From IMG/VR virus record IMGVR_UViG_3300028591_003737, positions 96,001-160,000 of that record: 64,000 nt of DNA; one strand, written 5' to 3'. Positions within the stretch are counted from its first letter, which is position 1; every line of letters begins with the position of its first letter. This DNA comes from a virus. Its lineage: Duplodnaviria; Caudoviricetes. Shown one piece after another: positions 20,633-29,977 of the stretch. Made by a program: the position numbers and the translations under genes. Below the pieces are notes generated by a model. The model worked only from the letters and a program-made list of their open reading frames with translations, was not told where the DNA came from and did no database searches.

Positions 20633-20971
20633 TTAAAAATCTATACAATCTCTATATAATCTTTCAACTACAAGTTCATCCCCTTTATATTGATATTCAT
20701 TCCACCATACCCAATCAGAAGTCATTGGAATTTCACCTGTAATATCATATAACTTATTATTTATATAACATGCATAATGATTTTCTTTATCATTATACAT
20801 TATTTGTGATTCAGGTTCAAATGAACAAAATCTATAATTAAGTATGTATGCAAACCAATAACAACATCCTTGAGTGAATGTTTTTATAGTTCCTTCATTT
20901 TGGAATCTTTTAATGAAATTTAATATTTCTTCTTCAGTATATCTTAATATTCCAAATTGATCTTTATACAT
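20633..20971 (-). CDS. Putative papain/transglutaminase-like (Cys-His-Asp) protein
   Basis: GCCYWFA...NHYACYINNKLYDITG. Confidence 0.5.
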   Translation of the reverse strand: MYKDQFGILRYTEEEILNFIKRFQNEGTIKTFTQGCCYWFAYILNYRFCSFEPESQIMYNDKENHYACYINNKLYDITGEIPMTSDWVWWNEYQYKGDELVVERLYRDCIDF

Positions 20972-20973
20972 AA

Positions 20974-21120
20974 CTAATAATCATAAACATCCATTTCATC
21001 ATCTTCTATATCGAGGCATTCTTGATAAACATCTCGATATACTTTACGAACTTCATCAGGAAGAGTTAAATCTTCTGACTTATTCTTACAATATCTTTTT
21101 ATTTTATCGTATTTATACAT
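20974..21120 (-). CDS. Small hypothetical protein (48 aa, not in ORF track)
   Basis: MYKYDKIKRYCKNK...DVYDY* fills the gap between grpE and the next gene; ends in TAG. Confidence 0.65.
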   Translation of the reverse strand: MYKYDKIKRYCKNKSEDLTLPDEVRKVYRDVYQECLDIEDDEMDVYDY

Positions 21121-21667
21121 TTACTCCAACTTTAGCATATCTTAAAATTGTATCACCCATCTTATATCCTTTAAACTGAGTGAACTTAACTGTATTCTTT
21201 TTATCTTCTTCACCAGGAATAGCAACAATAGCTTCATGAACAGAGTCATCAAACTTATCACCATCTTGAGGATTAATAGTATCTATACCATTAGCTTTAA
21301 GCATATTCATAATCTTATTGTAAATAAACTCAACACCTTCAGTAAGTTCACCAGCTTCCTTTGCTTTTTCAAAGTCATCAATAATAGGAAGAAGATCCTT
21401 AAATACAGAAATTTTACCAGCATTCTTAGAACTGGCAATATTAGCGTCAGAAATACGCTTTAAATTTTGATAATCAGCAAGAGCACGAAGATACTTATCA
21501 TTAGTTTCTTTAATAGTAACTCCGCAAGTTTTAATAGTTTCATTTGCTAAAGACATAGCTTTCTTATTTTCTTCAAGAGTCTTTTCAAGCTCTTCATAAG
21601 TAGGTTTTACTTTCTCTACTTCTTCAACTTTCTGAAAATCTTCAATAATTTCTTTATTTTCTTCCAT
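21113..21667 (-). CDS. grpE: GrpE nucleotide exchange factor (co-chaperone)
   Basis: YLRALADYQNLKR, LLPIIDDFEKA, FDDSVHEAI, KGYKMGDTILRYAKV. Confidence 0.93.
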   Translation of the reverse strand: MEENKEIIEDFQKVEEVEKVKPTYEELEKTLEENKKAMSLANETIKTCGVTIKETNDKYLRALADYQNLKRISDANIASSKNAGKISVFKDLLPIIDDFEKAKEAGELTEGVEFIYNKIMNMLKANGIDTINPQDGDKFDDSVHEAIVAIPGEEDKKNTVKFTQFKGYKMGDTILRYAKVGVNV

Positions 21668-21707
21668 GATTTATTTATTTAAATTATTATACCAATACTT
21701 TGAATAT

Positions 21708-21735
21708 AATATAGTATAAAATACCTCTATTTCAA
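21708..21735 (-). promoter_or_regulatory. Putative early/middle promoter TTGAAA-N16-TATATT
   Basis: Heads the grpE/small-ORF operon. Confidence 0.65.
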
Positions 21736-21744
21736 TATAGAAAT

Positions 21745-21774
21745 AAAAAAGAGTTGGTTTCAAAACCAACTCTT
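21745..21774 (-). terminator. Intrinsic terminator
   Basis: aagagttggttt / aaaccaactctt stem, T run on the minus strand. Confidence 0.8.
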
Positions 21775-21778
21775 AATT

Positions 21779-22033
21779 TTAAACAATTAATTCTTTTAAA
21801 TGTAAAGATCCTTTATTATCTATTAATTTACAAATTATCCTAATTATATTTTTGTTTTCAAAAACATATTCTTTAGAACCATCTTTATTATGTATCTCAT
21901 TATAATTTACCTTACAATTAGATAAATCAAGATCTCTATAATAAAAATTATTATTGTCATCAATTCCAGGATAAAAATATAAATGTATAAATTTATCAGA
22001 ATCTTTAAAAATTGTTACGTAACCAGGAAACAT
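21779..22033 (-). CDS. Hypothetical protein
   Basis: 84-aa ORF. Confidence 0.7.
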   Translation of the reverse strand: MFPGYVTIFKDSDKFIHLYFYPGIDDNNNFYYRDLDLSNCKVNYNEIHNKDGSKEYVFENKNIIRIICKLIDNKGSLHLKELIV

Positions 22034-22037
22034 AATT

Positions 22038-22892
22038 TTATTGTTTTACAAGAATCATCTTAAACTTATTAATATCAAAGTCTGCACCAAATAACTTAGC
22101 TACTGATTCGCAACCCCAGTCACCAGCATTGAATAATTTGTCACCCCATGGATATACAGGATCTGCACCTTCATATTCAAATCTGATCTTAGCATTTACA
22201 TTTTCTGTAATATTTGGACATACCCAAGGATATTGTGCACCAGGATTATTAACTGCACCAGCCCAACTTCTACCACAATCACTTGAATAAGTAATAGATG
22301 AAATAGATAAAGTCTTATTAGCTGATTCTGTTAATGCAACATCATTAAATAATGCAACATCTTTTGGTTCAAAACCATAGAAAATAGCTCCATAATATTC
22401 AACACCATCAATAACTAATTTCTGTGCATCGTTACTTGCCCAAGATGCTGAAGCTGATACATTAGCTGATGATTCTGAATCAATAAGAGTACCTATATAA
22501 ACTCTATCATTGTAGTTACATGCTCTATTAGCAGCATTGTTCCACCAATCTTCTTCAGGATATTTAGCATGATACTTAGCAAGAGCACCATTTGCTTCAG
22601 ATTCATTCCAAGAAGCTTCATCCCATACATAATCATAAGCGGTAGATTCTTCTTCTACTGGTTCAGCTGGTACTACTGGTTCTTCAGGTTTTTCTTCTGG
22701 TTCAACATCAGAGAATTTTTCTGAAAGATCAAGACCAGCATCTTCCATAAATTCTTTAGTAAGTTCAGCTCTTCTATTATTTTTACCTTCAAGCATAGCT
22801 CCATCAGGAATTAACCAAGCTAATTTTTCTTCTGAAAGATTAGAAGGATCAAATGTAAGACCTGTTACTTTTGTAAATAATTGTCTATCCAT
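22038..22892 (-). CDS. Putative virion protein; N-terminal ~55-aa domain shared with neighbour
   Basis: LFTKVTGLTFD...KLAWLIPDGAML, then a Pro/Glu linker and a C-terminal domain. Confidence 0.7.
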   Translation of the reverse strand: MDRQLFTKVTGLTFDPSNLSEEKLAWLIPDGAMLEGKNNRRAELTKEFMEDAGLDLSEKFSDVEPEEKPEEPVVPAEPVEEESTAYDYVWDEASWNESEANGALAKYHAKYPEEDWWNNAANRACNYNDRVYIGTLIDSESSANVSASASWASNDAQKLVIDGVEYYGAIFYGFEPKDVALFNDVALTESANKTLSISSITYSSDCGRSWAGAVNNPGAQYPWVCPNITENVNAKIRFEYEGADPVYPWGDKLFNAGDWGCESVAKLFGADFDINKFKMILVKQ

Positions 22893-22915
22893 ATTGTATT
22901 ATTTAAATATAATTT

Positions 22916-23167
22916 TTAGTCATTACTTGATGAACTATTATTTTCTTCTTCATCATCATAGTCTACTTCTACTGTTGAGAATTTAGAATCTTCACTAAGA
23001 CCAACAAGAGTCATAAATTCCTTTGTTTCTTTTGCTTTTCTACCATCTGTATTATCAAGCATTGCACCATCAGGAATTAACCATGCTAACTTATCAAGAT
23101 CTGTTATTTTTTCAACATCAAAAGTAAGACCAGTTACCTTTGTAAATAATTCTTGTTTTGTAGCCAT
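22916..23167 (-). CDS. Small paralog of the 22038..22892 N-terminal domain
   Basis: LFTKVTGLTFD...KLAWLIPDGAML...TKEFM; late motif at 23194-23207. Confidence 0.75.
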   Translation of the reverse strand: MATKQELFTKVTGLTFDVEKITDLDKLAWLIPDGAMLDNTDGRKAKETKEFMTLVGLSEDSKFSTVEVDYDDEEENNSSSSND

Positions 23168-23210
23168 TTTATATTTTATATATTTTTACTTTATATATAA
23201 AAATAAAACT

Positions 23211-24464
23211 TTAAAATAGTTCAAGTTGAACAACATTACTAGCATTTACAAGAGGTATCTTCATAACTTCCAAGAAGCGGTTAATTGGATCTATGACAGT
23301 TTTTTGCCATTGTGTAAGTTTATCCATTTTAGGTGCCCAAGCTGGAAGTTCACCAGCAGGGAATCCAAAATAACCAGTATCATCTTTACCAAGACCAGTC
23401 CTTATATTATAATATTTAATTTTACCAGAATAGAACTTAAGATGGTCTTCTCCATTTTTATGAGCTAAATAATTAAATCTTGCTACAGAGTGTACAGATA
23501 CAGGAGTGCCTTTACCAAGAATAAGTTCAGATGTATCATTTATTACATATTTTTTATAATCACCAACACCAATTGATTGTGATATATCTTCAAGAGGTGC
23601 TTGATAGAATTGTCTTCTATATTCAGAAAGTTTATCATTGAAATACATTATATATTCTTCTCTCTTTTCAGGAGTTGAATCATCAAAGTCAAACATAAGA
23701 CTTTTCATTAAATCAGAGAGAATAGTTCTACAAAGTTTAGGTGTTGTAGATTTAATAATTTCAATACCAGTTCCTGAAACTTTAGGATTATCATAGAAAT
23801 TACCTTTACTAAATACAAGTCCTTTAAGATATTTCTTTTTAGCAAGATAAATACCTGCTTTACTTATAGTTTCAAGCTCAAATTCATGAATAGAATGACC
23901 ATGACGAGGATTATAAATCTCTTCACACCATTTTGTATTTTGTTTATCAAGGAATTCTTTATTAAACTTAAGAATAAAATCTACTTTCTTTTTATCAGTA
24001 TTAAAATTCTTTTGACTTTCTGGAGTCATTGCTTGGAATAATGTTCCATATGTTGTATAAACAGAATCAGTATCAGAATAAATACTTATTGTTTGTTGAC
24101 GATACCAATCATGTTTACTTTCATCTAATTCAAAACCAAATTGTTCTTGTAAATCTTTTCTTTCCCAAAGAGTTTCATGGAAAAAGTTCTCAAGATTATG
24201 CCACATTGTTTTTGTAAGATGACGGCATTCACCTGTAATATCTCCTGCAAGAGCTATATTAAAGAAATAAAAATATTGATTTGCAGCAGCGCCATAAGCA
24301 GCATTACCTAATGCTTTACATGCCATTTCAAGAAGCCAATACTCTTGACGTAAAATAGTTACTTCTTCTTTAAATGCTTTAAGTTCTTCCAGATTCATTT
24401 GATATATATCTTTATCTGGAAAATGTTCTTTCATTAATTGAACAATATCTTCAGAAAAATTCAT
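23211..24464 (-). CDS. Family B DNA polymerase, C-terminal subunit (gp43B-like, split polymerase)
   Basis: Motif B KALGNAAYG, motif C YSDTDS, KKKY, GIEIIKSTTP. No exonuclease domain or motif A. Confidence 0.88.
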   Translation of the reverse strand: MNFSEDIVQLMKEHFPDKDIYQMNLEELKAFKEEVTILRQEYWLLEMACKALGNAAYGAAANQYFYFFNIALAGDITGECRHLTKTMWHNLENFFHETLWERKDLQEQFGFELDESKHDWYRQQTISIYSDTDSVYTTYGTLFQAMTPESQKNFNTDKKKVDFILKFNKEFLDKQNTKWCEEIYNPRHGHSIHEFELETISKAGIYLAKKKYLKGLVFSKGNFYDNPKVSGTGIEIIKSTTPKLCRTILSDLMKSLMFDFDDSTPEKREEYIMYFNDKLSEYRRQFYQAPLEDISQSIGVGDYKKYVINDTSELILGKGTPVSVHSVARFNYLAHKNGEDHLKFYSGKIKYYNIRTGLGKDDTGYFGFPAGELPAWAPKMDKLTQWQKTVIDPINRFLEVMKIPLVNASNVVQLELF

Positions 24465-24503
24465 CTTTCAAATTTATAAGTTGTATTTGTAATATTAAAA
24501 TAG

Positions 24504-24529
24504 AAAAACCAATGAATTAAATTCATTGG
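24504..24529 (-). terminator. Terminator hairpin overlapping a promoter-like motif
   Basis: ccaatgaat-taa-attcattgg with a T run on the minus strand; ATGAAT-N18-TATTTT overlaps it (24497-24526). Confidence 0.7.
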
Positions 24530-24530
24530 C

Positions 24531-25472
24531 TTAATAATTCAAATAAAGACTATCATAAACAATATCTGTTGGATTTGTCTTTACTGTTTTTGATCTCAAC
24601 TTTTTGAATGATGAGTGTCCACTATCTACATAAACATGACGAGTATAAAATTTTCTAACATTACATGTTCTATCATCTTTTCCTGATGTTCCATCATATG
24701 AAAGAAGTATTTTTACATTTTTAGCAGTAAGGTTTTCAATAACATCATACATATGTTCTGAATTAAATGTATCTGCCATAAAATACATACTTCCAGTATT
24801 TTCATAAGGAGGATCCATATAAATTACATCTCCTTCATGAGCATCTTTAATTATATCATCATAAGAACCACTTATAAATGTAATCTTATCTTTAACAGGT
24901 TCAATAACAGAATACCAAGAATCTAATACCTTTTCAAGTTCTTCTGGTTTAATACCATATCTTCCACCAACATGAAATGGTGTATTGAATTTACCACTTG
25001 GATTATATCTAATAAGTCCATTAAAACAAGTTCTAGAAATCCAATAAAGAAGTTTTGCTCTTTCTGGATCATCTTCACTCATATTATTATACTTTTCTCT
25101 ATTCTCATAATATACTGGTTGAATTAACTTTATATCATCATGAGTTAATTCTTTTGCATCTTTATAATCAACTTGTTTTCTAAGTTTTTCATAATTCTCA
25201 GTATAATAATCTAATAGTTCTTCTCTATTATCTTTTAATAAATTCCAGATATTCATAAGATCTTTATTAAGATCAGAACATACAATCTTATTTACTTTAA
25301 TATTACCAAGAGCTATTTCATTTAATAACTCATGAAGAACAGAACCACCACCAAGAAATGGCTCATAATATGTATCTATTTCTTTTGGAAATTGATGTAC
25401 AATATATGGAGCTTGCTTTCTTTTAGAACCACTCCATTTAATAAAAGGTTGTTTACCAATATTTACTAACAT
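24531..25472 (-). CDS. dam: DNA adenine methyltransferase (D12/Dam class)
   Basis: PFIKWSGSK, YYEPFLGGGSV, FNGLIRYN, DPPY. Confidence 0.92.
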   Translation of the reverse strand: MLVNIGKQPFIKWSGSKRKQAPYIVHQFPKEIDTYYEPFLGGGSVLHELLNEIALGNIKVNKIVCSDLNKDLMNIWNLLKDNREELLDYYTENYEKLRKQVDYKDAKELTHDDIKLIQPVYYENREKYNNMSEDDPERAKLLYWISRTCFNGLIRYNPSGKFNTPFHVGGRYGIKPEELEKVLDSWYSVIEPVKDKITFISGSYDDIIKDAHEGDVIYMDPPYENTGSMYFMADTFNSEHMYDVIENLTAKNVKILLSYDGTSGKDDRTCNVRKFYTRHVYVDSGHSSFKKLRSKTVKTNPTDIVYDSLYLNY

Positions 25473-25473
25473 A

Positions 25474-26364
25474 TTATTTAATTAAATCACTTAATTTTAT
25501 TATTCTTATTTTACATATTTCATATAATCTTTCATATATTACTTTATTAAGACCTTGATATATTGTATCAAGTAAATCCATATCCATTTTATAATTATTA
25601 ATTAAGAATTTATTTAATGCTTCTGTAAAGTTATTAATATATTCTTCATCATAATGTAAAAATTTCATTAATCTTATTACTGATTTAAAAAATTCAGGAT
25701 GGTTTTCAATAAATTCTTTAGAAATATAATCATAAGTATGAATATCAAACTTCTTTTTTAATACTTCTTCCGCAGCTTCTTTTGTTTTAAATATAAACTG
25801 TCCATCATAATCAGAATATATCTTATCATTCATAATTATGATATATTTATCCGTAATAAAATTTGATACTTTATCATTTAAATAAAGATTTCTAACAGAG
25901 CGTGATAATGCATCTTCAATATTATCATCAGGTGGTGCAAAAGTAAATTTATTTAAATCTCTTTTAATTTCCTCATGTTCATCTTTTGGAAATGCATTCT
26001 TATTTACTTCATCATCAGTTATACAATTATCATATAATTCTTTAGAATCACCCCCATATGAATATTTCCATTCATCAATAAGTTGATTTACTAAATTGCT
26101 TTCAAAATATTTATTGAATGCATCATATAAATCTTCTATTAATCTATCAACCTCTTCTTTAATATATTCTACTGGTTTTTCTCCTTTAGGTGTTATATCT
26201 TTAGGAGTAGACATAGCAAGAGATAATAAATCACCCTTTAATTTATCTAATTCATTATTTGCAGAAGTTTCAGCAGATTTTGCTTCATATACTGATTCTA
26301 TATCAACATTATCAAAATAAAGAATTGGCTTTCTTAATCTTATTTCAGTACCATTTGAACTCAT
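25474..26364 (-). CDS. Hypothetical protein
   Basis: 296-aa helical ORF; promoter motif TTGATT-N18-TATATT at 26395-26424. Confidence 0.8.
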   Translation of the reverse strand: MSSNGTEIRLRKPILYFDNVDIESVYEAKSAETSANNELDKLKGDLLSLAMSTPKDITPKGEKPVEYIKEEVDRLIEDLYDAFNKYFESNLVNQLIDEWKYSYGGDSKELYDNCITDDEVNKNAFPKDEHEEIKRDLNKFTFAPPDDNIEDALSRSVRNLYLNDKVSNFITDKYIIIMNDKIYSDYDGQFIFKTKEAAEEVLKKKFDIHTYDYISKEFIENHPEFFKSVIRLMKFLHYDEEYINNFTEALNKFLINNYKMDMDLLDTIYQGLNKVIYERLYEICKIRIIKLSDLIK

Positions 26365-26476
26365 ATTATAATGTTTTAAACATAATTATAATTTAATATA
26401 GATTAATTATAACTAAAAAATCAATCTCTCAAAGTTTTATTTTTATATATAATATAGTGTTTTGTAATGTATACTT

Positions 26477-26869
26477 ATGGCAGGTGTTAAAATATCTAAA
26501 ATGGATAAATATGAACAGATGTTTGATGGTACTAATTTACCAGAAGACATTACTAATATGATACTTCCAATAAGTTTTGGAAATCAAACTATTAGTATTA
26601 CTGTTGGAACATTGATTCATTTAATGCAACAACAAGATGATGATCAAGATATTAAAATTGATGCTAATACTCAGCTTATTCTTCAGAATACTGAACTTAT
26701 TAATTCTCTTAGTGATGAAATATATCAAAGAATACAGCAATTACAAGAAGAAGCAGAAGCAAAACACAAACAAATGATTGATGACCAAAATGTTATCGAT
26801 ACAGAACAGAATGAACGTATTGGTGATATAGAAGCTACAAATCTTTGGGAAATATATGGAACTGAATAA
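26477..26869 (+). CDS. Putative tail fibre-associated structural protein
   Basis: N-terminal VKISKM and a coiled coil; late motif at 26436-26449. Confidence 0.6.
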   Translation: MAGVKISKMDKYEQMFDGTNLPEDITNMILPISFGNQTISITVGTLIHLMQQQDDDQDIKIDANTQLILQNTELINSLSDEIYQRIQQLQEEAEAKHKQMIDDQNVIDTEQNERIGDIEATNLWEIYGTE

Positions 26870-26871
26870 TA

Positions 26872-27372
26872 ATGCCTAGTAATATCTTTGTTGGAAAAAA
26901 TAATTCTAAGAAAATATCTGAATTAAGACCTCGTGATATTATTACTACTCATCGAGATCATTCATGGATTCCTGTTGCTCAATTTGATAGCAGAATCAAT
27001 GCTTATACAAACTTTGCAATTAACTTATCAGCTATAACTGAATATACTGATGCATATTCATATGCAGCAGCTCAAGTAGTTATGGCTAATTTTGCTTATG
27101 AATATAACTTAGATGAATGGGAAAGATTACATGATTTTGGTGCTACTGAAAATCCTGGATATATAACTAATGAAATGGACACATTAATTACATATTCAAG
27201 TATTGCACAAAATATTGTAACTTATTCTTTCTCATATACAGATAAAATTCATGGTTGGCAATATCTTTTTGGACATTATGATGTATTTATTCCAGAAAGA
27301 CCAGCTTATATTTACACAGAACTTGAAGAATATATTAATACTGAAGACGGTACTAATAGAATTACATTATAA
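26872..27372 (+). CDS. Putative structural protein
   Basis: KKISEL motif common at fibre protein N-termini. Confidence 0.6.
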   Translation: MPSNIFVGKNNSKKISELRPRDIITTHRDHSWIPVAQFDSRINAYTNFAINLSAITEYTDAYSYAAAQVVMANFAYEYNLDEWERLHDFGATENPGYITNEMDTLITYSSIAQNIVTYSFSYTDKIHGWQYLFGHYDVFIPERPAYIYTELEEYINTEDGTNRITL

Positions 27373-27378
27373 TAGAAT

Positions 27379-28440
27379 ATGGATGAAATTATTAATAGAA
27401 TAACTGTTGACCAATTAAAAGAAAATCCTCCAGTAATTACTAAGAAATTTCTTTTAGTTGATTCATCATTATATACTAATGAAGCTTATGAATATCTTTT
27501 AGAGATTATAAATGAGACAGATTCTATCGCATTTATAAGAGATTTAAAAAAGATATATACTCATGGTGAATATTTTGGTGGAGATATTTGGGAAGAATCA
27601 TTATTCTATTTTGGTAGTTTTCAGATTTTAGATAATGAAAGTGAAGAAGTATTAACTAATCTTGAAGCTGAAATAAGAAATGAAACTTTAAGATTAAAAG
27701 GAATAAATAATATTAAGTTAATTCCTGAAATAGAATGGAGTAATGGTGTTAAATATAAAACTATAAAAATTGGTTATAATATTGATAATTCAATAGATAA
27801 AACACCAGTTACTATTGATGATAATACTGCTCAATATAATCTTGAAATAAAAGATGATAAAATATCTGTAAATAAATATATTCCAATAAGAATAGAAGCA
27901 CCAAAGTTAAATCTTATAGAATATGATACAGAAATAGAATCATTTGAATTTAATATCAATATTTTAGGAAATGATGATGATAAAAGAGTAGTAATTACTT
28001 CAGACCAAGCTATTGTAAACTTATCTGATGATTTTAGAACAGTATATACTAATATACTTAGACCAAATGCTACTATTGAATATTTAGTTTTATATAGTGA
28101 TTCTAAAACACAAGGAGCAATGAATATTTATCAAAAATATGGATTTGCTAATATATATTCAGTAAATCAAATAACTAAAGAAAATTTTAATTTATTTGAT
28201 AAATATATATCAGAAGATAGTTGTCAAGGAGAATTTACATTAGATATTCCTGATGATCAATATGGATGGTTTGCTTGTCCAAGCTTTTTAAAACCAAAAT
28301 TTATTGATAAAGATACAAATATTTGCGGTGGTTGGGAACAACATAGTTATGTATATTTATATTCATTAAATATGGAATATATTGTATATAAAACTGTTAA
28401 TAGTGGTTTAGGATTAACAAATTGGAAAGTTATTGAATAA
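27379..28440 (+). CDS. Putative tail fibre/structural protein
   Basis: IAFIRDLKKIYTHG motif and C-terminal YGWFACP segment. Confidence 0.6.
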   Translation: MDEIINRITVDQLKENPPVITKKFLLVDSSLYTNEAYEYLLEIINETDSIAFIRDLKKIYTHGEYFGGDIWEESLFYFGSFQILDNESEEVLTNLEAEIRNETLRLKGINNIKLIPEIEWSNGVKYKTIKIGYNIDNSIDKTPVTIDDNTAQYNLEIKDDKISVNKYIPIRIEAPKLNLIEYDTEIESFEFNINILGNDDDKRVVITSDQAIVNLSDDFRTVYTNILRPNATIEYLVLYSDSKTQGAMNIYQKYGFANIYSVNQITKENFNLFDKYISEDSCQGEFTLDIPDDQYGWFACPSFLKPKFIDKDTNICGGWEQHSYVYLYSLNMEYIVYKTVNSGLGLTNWKVIE

Positions 28441-28457
28441 AATTATTAATTTAATTA

Positions 28458-29906
28458 ATGGCTAGATTAACTTATAATGAAATATTTACTAATGTTCATA
28501 AATATGATGAGACTGGTGCTTATATTGGCCTCCAAATAGCTAGTAAGTTAAATCAAAAGAATGGTCAAGATTATAAACTTATTGATGCAGTTGATATTGA
28601 TTGGAATGGTGCATTTTTAAGAATAACTGGCGCATACATTAATAATACTGAAGATTTATTTGAATCAATAAATAATATTGCAGATTTATCTGACCTTGAA
28701 TGGATTAGAGAAAAGATAAATACTTTAACAGAAAATGTTGATACAATATTATCAACATATGTTACTAAAACAGAATTAGATGAAATATTAGCACAATATC
28801 AAAAACCAATATCTGCTGGTGAAAATATTACTATTGATAATGATAATGTAATTAGTACTTATGGATTAATTACTTCAGAACTTGCAAATGAGTTATTTGC
28901 TAAAGAATTAGATTTTGAAGAATTAGTTCAACGTTTAGATGAAGATTATTATACAAAAACAGAAACTGCAGAAGTTGCAGGTGAAATTACTCTTGCTACA
29001 ATACAAAGTATTATTATAAAAGATGCTGATGAAAGATATAATGATTTAGAAAAAATTTCTAATTGGATTTTATCTCAACCAGAAAGTATAACAGAAGATT
29101 TTGAAATATTTAATAATAGATTAAATCGTATAGATGAAGCTCTTGGTTATGTAGTATATAATGAAGAATTTAATACTTATACTTATACTGATGGTCTTTT
29201 ATATGAGACACATAATCTTCAAATTCAAACAGGTGAATTAAATACCAGAATGGTTAATTTAGAGAATACTGTTGAAGATTTTGGTGTAAAAGTTACTCAA
29301 GCTTATAATACTGCAAATACTGCATATGATATGGCATATGAAGCATATACTACTTCTAATAGTTCTTCTGAAATGGCAGAACTTGCATATGAAATGGCAT
29401 ATACTTCTGTAGTTAAAATTGGTAATAGAAGTGAAGATGAAAGATTTGAAGAATTAACTCAAGAAGATATTGATTTATTAAATGAAGATCCTAATGCTAT
29501 TCAGGTTTATACTATTCGTGATGATAATCATTCAGGTATTCCTCTTCCAGATTATTATAATCCAGATTCTGGTTTAATATATTATAAATTTATTGAAGCC
29601 GTTGAAGGAACAGGAATTTATAAGGAACTTGAAGATGTAGTTGATATAGCAAATGAAGCTAAAGAATCAGCAGATAATTCATTATTTAGATTACATACTG
29701 ATAGAAGAGGAACTACTTATGCTTATTTATCATTATCACCAGATGAAAATGATGGTTCTGGACATAGAACAATTACTTTAAATGTTGATGAAGCACAGAT
29801 AAATAGTTATAATGGTGAAATAGAACAAGAAGGTTTAATTACAACATTTTCATTATCTAATACATTATCTTATATCTCAACTTTTGAAATTATTGAGGTA
29901 AACTAG
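28458..29906 (+). CDS. Putative tail fibre protein (coiled coil)
   Basis: LIDAVDIDWNG, ISAGENITIDNDNVIS, YNDLEKISNWI, AYxxAxx heptads; ends in TAG. Confidence 0.65.
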   Translation: MARLTYNEIFTNVHKYDETGAYIGLQIASKLNQKNGQDYKLIDAVDIDWNGAFLRITGAYINNTEDLFESINNIADLSDLEWIREKINTLTENVDTILSTYVTKTELDEILAQYQKPISAGENITIDNDNVISTYGLITSELANELFAKELDFEELVQRLDEDYYTKTETAEVAGEITLATIQSIIIKDADERYNDLEKISNWILSQPESITEDFEIFNNRLNRIDEALGYVVYNEEFNTYTYTDGLLYETHNLQIQTGELNTRMVNLENTVEDFGVKVTQAYNTANTAYDMAYEAYTTSNSSSEMAELAYEMAYTSVVKIGNRSEDERFEELTQEDIDLLNEDPNAIQVYTIRDDNHSGIPLPDYYNPDSGLIYYKFIEAVEGTGIYKELEDVVDIANEAKESADNSLFRLHTDRRGTTYAYLSLSPDENDGSGHRTITLNVDEAQINSYNGEIEQEGLITTFSLSNTLSYISTFEIIEVN

Positions 29907-29977
29907 GTATAAAATAATTTATTTTTAAATATATAAATATAAATATAAAAAATACATAATATATAATTTATAAAAAT

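Noticed and set aside
24465-24530. Intron or intein explaining the truncated DNA polymerase
   Set aside because: Only 66 nt separate it from dam, and they contain a hairpin and a promoter-like motif. No intron core, homing endonuclease or upstream exon is visible.
20974-29906. TAG-to-Gln recoding as in Lak phages
   Set aside because: All long genes are open under code 11. The TAG at 20974-20976 ends a gene 2 nt before the next start, and the TAG at 29904-29906 is followed two codons later by TAA. Nothing here requires recoding.
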